NCBI GenBank assembly: GCA_965214095.1
Contig: OZ243938.1
Span: 4,288,001 to 4,352,000, forward strand
DNA: 64,000 bases
Source: Candidatus Poribacteria bacterium
GTDB lineage: Bacteria; Poribacteria; WGA-4E; WGA-3G
Direction: 5' to 3'
The notes under the pieces were generated by a model that was not told the origin of the DNA, ran no database searches, and saw only the letters and a program-made list of their open reading frames with translations. The translations under genes were made by a program, and so were the position numbers. Each line of letters starts with the position of its first letter. Position 1 is the first letter of the stretch. Below, piece by piece: positions 58,399-64,000 of this stretch.

Positions 58399-58733
58399 CG
58401 TTGTGCTTCCTTATATTCTAACCAGTAAGTTTTGGCACGTTCAATGTCACGCTGCTGTGAAGATTTATCACCCCCACATAGCAGGACAAGAATTGTATGT
58501 TCAAATTCACCAAAGTATATACGATATCCAGGTCCGAAGTGGATACGTAGTTCAAAAACACCTTGGCCTACGGGGTTACAGTCACCAAAATTACCATTCT
58601 CAAGTCGGTTGATTCGTCGTTCAATTCTGTTAATTGTTGTTCTGTTACGTAATGATTCAAACCAGTCAGTAAAAGGAGTTTTCCCGTTCTGTGTTGTATA
58701 AAATTCTATTTCCCTGGGGTGTGTATGAAGCAT
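58395..58733 (-). CDS. RelE/ParE (HigB-like) addiction module killer protein, copy 1
   Basis: PFTDW, GNFGD, VFELRIHFGPGYRIYF and LLCGGDKSSQQRDI motifs. Confidence 0.92.
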   Translation of the reverse strand: MLHTHPREIEFYTTQNGKTPFTDWFESLRNRTTINRIERRINRLENGNFGDCNPVGQGVFELRIHFGPGYRIYFGEFEHTILVLLCGGDKSSQQRDIERAKTYWLEYKEAQR

Positions 58734-58771
58734 TATTTTGTTAGTTTATGCGATTATCCCTAATCAATATT

Positions 58772-59113
58772 TTATTGTTCTGGAGTATTTTTAGAACCAG
58801 TGTTTTCGGATGCTAATGGTTCAATAGTAAGTCGACATCCGAGAGCATTGAGAATATTACAGAGTGTGTCAAGGTGTGGTGCTTTGTCAGTAGAAAGCAC
58901 CTTTTGTAAAGCATCAGGTGACATGTGTGTCCGCTTTGCCAACTCTGTTATGCTTCCTTGTGCTTCAACAAAGGTTTTTATACCCTTCAAAAAGAAAAGT
59001 GTATCACCATCATCTTGATATTCCTCAAATGTCAACTTGAGATAGTCGATTGCTTCTTCCCGGTTAGCAAGACCTTTCATCAGAAACTCATGCAAAGTTT
59101 CAAATTTTCTCAT
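58772..59113 (-). CDS. Addiction module antidote (HTH) protein, copy 2
   Basis: Paralog of 58033-58398, sharing ITELAKRTHMSPDALQK.LS.DKAPHLDTLC.ILNALGC. Confidence 0.88.
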   Translation of the reverse strand: MRKFETLHEFLMKGLANREEAIDYLKLTFEEYQDDGDTLFFLKGIKTFVEAQGSITELAKRTHMSPDALQKVLSTDKAPHLDTLCNILNALGCRLTIEPLASENTGSKNTPEQ

Positions 59114-59448
59114 GTCTGCGTTTCCTTATATTCTAACCAATAAGTTCGTGCACGATTAATGTCACGTTGCTGAGACGATTTGTCTCCACCACATAAGATG
59201 ATAACAATCCGGTTCGAATCAATACCAAAATAAACGCGTATTCCAGGACCGAAGTGAAGCTGTAACTCATAAACACCGTCTCCAACGGAACTGCAGTCAC
59301 CAAGATTTCCATCCTCAAGTCGTTGAAGTCTTTTCCGAATTCTGGTTCGTGTTTTTTGATCGCGTAGTGTTTCAAACCATTCAGTGAAAGGCGTTCTCCC
59401 ATTCTGTGTTGTATAAAATTCTATTTCTCTGGGTTGTGTGTTATGCAT
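59110..59448 (-). CDS. RelE/ParE (HigB-like) addiction module killer protein, copy 2
   Basis: Paralog of 58395-58733, sharing REIEFYTTQNG, HFGPG and CGGDKSSQQRDI. Confidence 0.92.
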   Translation of the reverse strand: MHNTQPREIEFYTTQNGRTPFTEWFETLRDQKTRTRIRKRLQRLEDGNLGDCSSVGDGVYELQLHFGPGIRVYFGIDSNRIVIILCGGDKSSQQRDINRARTYWLEYKETQT

Positions 59449-59690
59449 TGTTAAATATTTTCTGTGTGTTTTGCTTTCAGGATATATTTAATATAACAGA
59501 TTTTGCCTACTTGCGTCAATTGGAAATAGGCAATGAACACAAACTTCAGAATGCTCTTCGTAAAGACAATTCCTAAAATTTCACTTGTCTATTAACCTAT
59601 TACATGATACGATAGTTGAGTAATCAAATTGAGATTTTAGATGATACTACAGAGCAATATTACCTGAATTTATGGGAGGAGAACAAGGAG

Positions 59691-60497
59691 ATGCGGCACG
59701 AACTCACCGCTGAACAAATTGAATTTTATCAGAATAACGGCTTTCTTGTTATTGAAAATTTTCTTGATGCAGATGAACTGACTGAATGGCGTAGGTGTAC
59801 TGATGAGTCAGTAACAGAACGTCTTGGAAACTCCGTTGAGTTTTTCACAAATCAATTGGATCCATCGAATTTTTATGCGCGCGTCTTTACACAATGTCTA
59901 CGTTTGTCAGATTCACACCCCGGCATGCGCAAGTTGGTGCATGACCCGAAAATTGGCAAGATGGCGACACAATTGGCTGGAACGAACGGCATGCGTATTT
60001 GGCACGACCAAGCACTGATTAAACCTCCCAACGGCAATCCTACTGCTTGGCACCTTGATGTCCCATACTGGTCATTTGACTCACGAGATGCTGTCTCATT
60101 TTGGGTTGCATTGGATGATGCCACGCTTGGAAACGGATGTATGTGGTATCTTCCCGGAACACATAAAACGGCGCGTTTTGATAATGTTGGTATCGGTGAA
60201 AATATAGGCGCACTATTTGATGTCTATTCTGAATGGAAGGAACTTGAGCCACAATCTGCCCCGTGTCCTGCAGGTTCTATGGTGTGGCATAACGGTCTGA
60301 CTGCTCACGGGGCAGGTGCAAACATGACATTTTCACACCGTCGGGCAATGACTTGCGGTTTCATGCCAGATGGATGCACATTCAACGGAAAAAGAAATAT
60401 CCTGCCAGAAGACTACTTCAACTCGCTCGAAATAGGTGATGTGCTTGACGACGATGTTCAAAATACACTTGTTTGGCATAAGGATTGGGAAACATAG
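59691..60497 (+). CDS. Phytanoyl-CoA dioxygenase (PhyH) family 2OG-Fe(II) enzyme
   Basis: WHLD, NGCM..LPGTH and H.AGAN...RR motifs. The start follows AAGGAG. Confidence 0.9.
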   Translation: MRHELTAEQIEFYQNNGFLVIENFLDADELTEWRRCTDESVTERLGNSVEFFTNQLDPSNFYARVFTQCLRLSDSHPGMRKLVHDPKIGKMATQLAGTNGMRIWHDQALIKPPNGNPTAWHLDVPYWSFDSRDAVSFWVALDDATLGNGCMWYLPGTHKTARFDNVGIGENIGALFDVYSEWKELEPQSAPCPAGSMVWHNGLTAHGAGANMTFSHRRAMTCGFMPDGCTFNGKRNILPEDYFNSLEIGDVLDDDVQNTLVWHKDWET

Positions 60498-60558
60498 GAC
60501 ACTTACCTTAAAGACTTAACCCATACTATAAATTGATTTGTAAAGGAGAATATGGAAC

Positions 60559-61953
60559 ATGGCAAAACATCCAAATATCGTTCTGATGGGTGTGGACTCA
60601 CTTCTTGCAACTCACATGAGTTGCTACGGTTATCACCGACAGACAACACCACACATTGATAAGTTTGCAGAAGGTGGCACTCTTTTTGAAAAAACCTACA
60701 GTGCCCACATTCCCACTACAAGTGCCTATGCCTCTATGTTAACAGGAATGGACACATTTGGCACACAGGTCGTGGCACTTCGTCACAAAGGACCTTTACG
60801 TGAAGAAGTGAAAACCTTAGCTGAAATATTAAAAGAAGTTGGCTATGATACGACTTGTGTTGGCTTTGGTGGTCCAAGTGCACGTGGATTTGACACCTAT
60901 TTTGATTATTCAAATTGGGGTCCGGATGAAACTGGACGCAGTCCAAAGGCAGAAAACCTTAACAAAACCACACTGCCTGAGTTAAATAGACTAATTGATC
61001 AGAGTGAAGAGAGACCATTTTTCTTATTTCTACGTCACATGGATCCACATTCACCCTATTTACCACCTGCCCCTTATGAACGAATGTTCTATCACGGTGA
61101 TGAATGCGATCCGAATAACAAGTCTATGGAACCTGTGATGTCATTCAAGCCGTTTTGTGATTACTTTGCATCTTGGATGCCTGCGGGGATTACAGACAAG
61201 GACTATGTGATCGCACAATACGATGGTGCAGTTGCATATATGGATGCATGTATTCAGACGCTATTTAACGCGCTTGAAACGCGGGGTGTTCTGGACGATA
61301 CAATTGTAATCATAAATGGCGACCATGGTGAAACATTGTATGACCATGAATGCTGGTTTGATCACCACGGACTTTATGATGTTACACTCCATGTTCCTCT
61401 CATAATCCGATATCCTGGTCGTGTTCCAGCAGGAAAACGTGTGTCAGGATACAATCAACACAAAGACCTTGTGCCAACGCTCCTTGAATTGGCAGACGTT
61501 GAAACAGACATCGCTTTTGATGGTGACAGTCTCACGCCATTAATCAGTGGTGAAATTGCTTCCTATGATAGCGAATTTTATATCACTGAATGCACTTGGA
61601 TGCGTAAACATGGATGGCGGACACCTGAATGGAAACTCATTGTCGCTCTTGAACCAGATTTCCATTACAAGCCACCTGTTGAACTCTACAATCTCATCTC
61701 GGATCCTGATGAAAATGAAAATCTTGTAGATAAACACCCAGATATTGTGAACGTCTTGGAAACTCGGATGAAGAATTGGATACTTCAACGTGAGAAGGAG
61801 ACAGGATTGTCGAACCCAATAATGAACCAAGGTGATTGGCACGGACATAAAGATGTGGGTCCCTTCAAATCATCGGATCAAGCATATAACACAATGCATA
61901 TTGGGACTCCGGGTGAGGCAGCGCGTTTACAAGCGGAATCACGGGATGAATAG
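60559..61953 (+). CDS. Sulfatase-like alkaline phosphatase superfamily hydrolase (Thr-type motif)
   Basis: PNIV..DSL, TPHID, PTTSAYASMLTG, DPHSPY, GDHGE and VPLII motifs. Confidence 0.85.
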   Translation: MAKHPNIVLMGVDSLLATHMSCYGYHRQTTPHIDKFAEGGTLFEKTYSAHIPTTSAYASMLTGMDTFGTQVVALRHKGPLREEVKTLAEILKEVGYDTTCVGFGGPSARGFDTYFDYSNWGPDETGRSPKAENLNKTTLPELNRLIDQSEERPFFLFLRHMDPHSPYLPPAPYERMFYHGDECDPNNKSMEPVMSFKPFCDYFASWMPAGITDKDYVIAQYDGAVAYMDACIQTLFNALETRGVLDDTIVIINGDHGETLYDHECWFDHHGLYDVTLHVPLIIRYPGRVPAGKRVSGYNQHKDLVPTLLELADVETDIAFDGDSLTPLISGEIASYDSEFYITECTWMRKHGWRTPEWKLIVALEPDFHYKPPVELYNLISDPDENENLVDKHPDIVNVLETRMKNWILQREKETGLSNPIMNQGDWHGHKDVGPFKSSDQAYNTMHIGTPGEAARLQAESRDE

Positions 61954-61958
61954 AGATT

Positions 61959-62094
61959 AGTTATCAGTTTTCAGTGGTCAGCAGTCAGTAATAAGTTCTC
62001 AGTATTCAGTGGTCAACAAGAGGATAATGATTAAATCAGTCTTCACATTTCTGACTGCCGCTTACTGACCACTGACCACTGACCACTGACCACT
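61959..62094. repeat. Inverted arrays of 7-bp tandem repeats forming a long hairpin
   Basis: The left arm has about 8 AGTNNTC units (61959-62015). The right arm has CTGACCA x4 plus degenerate units (62051-62094), complementary to the left arm. Confidence 0.75.
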
Positions 62095-62113
62095 ATAAAG
62101 AAAGGAAAACTCA

Positions 62114-62935
62114 ATGCCAGACTATACACGAGAACAGGTATTAGGACGACTCAATGCGGAGTTAGATAAAGGCAATTCACTTCTTGCTGTTGGAGCAGGA
62201 ACAGGTATTACTGCAAAATTTGCTGAAAAAGGCGGCGCGGATCTCATTGTCATCTACAATTCTGGACGGTATAGAATGTCCGGTTTTGGCTCTTGTGCTG
62301 GTCTGCTGGCTTACGGAGATGCAAATGCTATCGTCATGGAAATGGGTGAACGTGAAGTTTTACCTGTTGTCCAAGAAACACCTGTTATTGCCGGTGTGAA
62401 TGGGACTGATCCTACAAGACGGATGAGCAACTTTCTAAAACAGGTTCGCGATGTAGGCTTTGACGGAGTCAATAACTTTCCTACCGTCGGCGTGATTGAT
62501 GGCACTTTTCGGGTAACCCTTGAAGAGACAGGTATGGGTTTCTATAAAGAGGTAGAGACAATTGCAATCGCTCATGAAATGGATCTGTTCACAATCGTAT
62601 ATGTCTTTAACACTGAAGAATCAGAAGAAATGGCAAAAGCAGGGGCAGATGTGATTATCGCACACATGAATACAACGATTGGTGGCACTATCGGTGCGGA
62701 AACTGCTTTTACGCTTGAAGACGCAGCAGTCAAAGTTCAGGAGATTTGTGATGCAGCGAAGTCACAGAATCCTGATGTCATCTGCTTGTCACACGGTGGA
62801 CCTATCGCAAAAGCACCTGATGCAAAGTATATCAATGAGAATACAGATACTGTTGGGTTTGTAGGTGCTTCAAGTATTGAACGGTTCGCTTGTGAGGAGA
62901 GTATTCCACGTATTACGGCTTCGTTTAAAGAGTGA
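62114..62935 (+). CDS. Phosphoenolpyruvate hydrolase-like TIM-barrel protein (Tm-1 TIM-barrel-like)
   Basis: GAGTGITAK, YNSGRYRM.G..S.AGLLAYGDAN, NFPTVG, HGGPI and GASSIER motifs. Confidence 0.88.
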   Translation: MPDYTREQVLGRLNAELDKGNSLLAVGAGTGITAKFAEKGGADLIVIYNSGRYRMSGFGSCAGLLAYGDANAIVMEMGEREVLPVVQETPVIAGVNGTDPTRRMSNFLKQVRDVGFDGVNNFPTVGVIDGTFRVTLEETGMGFYKEVETIAIAHEMDLFTIVYVFNTEESEEMAKAGADVIIAHMNTTIGGTIGAETAFTLEDAAVKVQEICDAAKSQNPDVICLSHGGPIAKAPDAKYINENTDTVGFVGASSIERFACEESIPRITASFKE

Positions 62936-63038
62936 AATTAGTTGCCATTATTTTTTGATATGACCTACTCTATCAAGTTTCAAGTTGCTACATACCAGAT
63001 TTGAAACGGTTGGAATCATGTCAATCTTGAAACAACAT

Positions 63039-63141
63039 TATTGTGAATTATAAATATAAGTTGACACTTTCGACCCACGGTAGGCGAGGTTTCCTAACCT
63101 CGCCGATGCAGAGTGTTCAAGTAATTTCAAAATCTACTATA
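63039..63141 (+). mobile_element. 103-bp TA-ended MITE-like element enclosing a GTAG REP hairpin
   Basis: Near-identical copy of 49482-49584. Confidence 0.8.
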
Positions 63142-63244
63142 ACTTGCCAATAGTTGGGTATTTCTCGTGTTGATTTGTAGGTAGAAACCCTTTTACGTAG
63201 AGAAAATATTGGACCCAACTTAAGTATTCACAAGGAATTTCCAC

Positions 63245-64000
63245 ATGCAATTCAGATATCTACTTGTTACTTTCGCGTTATTACATTTTTCTATATTGGG
63301 TTTTGCCCAGCAAAACAAAGTTCTGAAACATGGTAGTTCTATCCAAGCGATCGAAATCTCTCCTGTCAATCCCTCTCTTGTTGCAAGTGGCAGTGATGAC
63401 AACACCATCAAACTATGGAATTTGCTTGATAACACTACTATCGCTCTCACCGGACACACGGATAAAGTCAATTCAGTGACATTTTCACCGAATGGGCAAT
63501 TACTTGCGACTGGTGGTAATGACCGTCAAATTAAAATCTGGGATGTCAATAAGAAACAAGTCATTACTACGTTTAGTCATATATTTCCTGAATCTTCACT
63601 CTCTGCAGTCAACTCTCTAGCTTTTTCTCCTGATGGGAAGATGCTTGTAAGCGCAGGATATCAAAGTGTTAAACTATGGGATGTTGATGGTTGGATTGAG
63701 AAGCAAACACTCAAACACGATGACTGGGTACACGCAGTTGTGTTTTCACCCAATGGAGAGTTACTTGCTGCAGTTGATGGTAGACTAATTAAGATCTGGG
63801 ATGTCAATCAGCAAAAAGTTATTGAACAATTGGATGGTGACTCAGATTGGATTGGTGCTATTGCATTTTCACCGGATAGCCAAACTTTCGTCAGCGGAGG
63901 ATCTGAAGGGAGAATCAAATTATGGTCGGTGTTGAATTGGAAGATAATTAAAGAATATAAAGATGTTTCATCGATATCAGACCTTGACTTTTCACAGGAT
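63245..64000 (+). CDS. Secreted WD40-repeat protein, 5' part (runs off the window)
   Basis: My translation gives the signal peptide MQFRYLLVTFALLHFSILGFAQ, then LVASGSDDNTIKLWN and GHTDKVNSVTFSPNG..IKIWD. The start follows an AAGGA SD. Confidence 0.88.
   Translation, partial: MQFRYLLVTFALLHFSILGFAQQNKVLKHGSSIQAIEISPVNPSLVASGSDDNTIKLWNLLDNTTIALTGHTDKVNSVTFSPNGQLLATGGNDRQIKIWDVNKKQVITTFSHIFPESSLSAVNSLAFSPDGKMLVSAGYQSVKLWDVDGWIEKQTLKHDDWVHAVVFSPNGELLAAVDGRLIKIWDVNQQKVIEQLDGDSDWIGAIAFSPDSQTFVSGGSEGRIKLWSVLNWKIIKEYKDVSSISDLDFSQD

Overview
This is a 64 kb, moderately AT-rich bacterial chromosomal segment. Its gene content points, by inference, to Candidatus Poribacteria or a relative: secreted WD40/cohesin/dockerin proteins, a LamG protein ending in a 'GKLTTxWGxLK' tail, sulfatases, PhyH and Gfo/Idh/MocA enzymes, and several TA modules. 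Housekeeping genes include a recJ 5' end, infC-rpmI-rplT, a Phe T-box with pheS-pheT, ubiE/menG, bioA, the cca-S2P-scpA-scpB-thrC-xylA-cstA run, and dusB-dapF-dapA. The most notable accessory observations are: (1) dispersed TA-ended, roughly 103 bp MITE-like elements that enclose GTAG-type REP hairpins with co-varying stems; (2) a 12.5 kb tandem array of secreted WD40-cohesin(-dockerin) proteins, two of which carry both halves of the cellulosome-type docking pair; (3) a ferredoxin-membrane-Hsp20-like fusion overlapping bioA; (4) a coupled DUF4268 nuclease-like gene and CapV-like patatin with no cyclase; (5) a SpoIVB/S55 protease paired with a beta-propeller protein; (6) an orphan Rad52/Sak-like protein; (7) a tandem-duplicated addiction module; and (8) an unannotated remnant of a restriction endonuclease gene. 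No rRNA, tRNA, CRISPR array, transposase or reverse transcriptase was recognised. All assignments come from motif recognition by eye; no searches were run.
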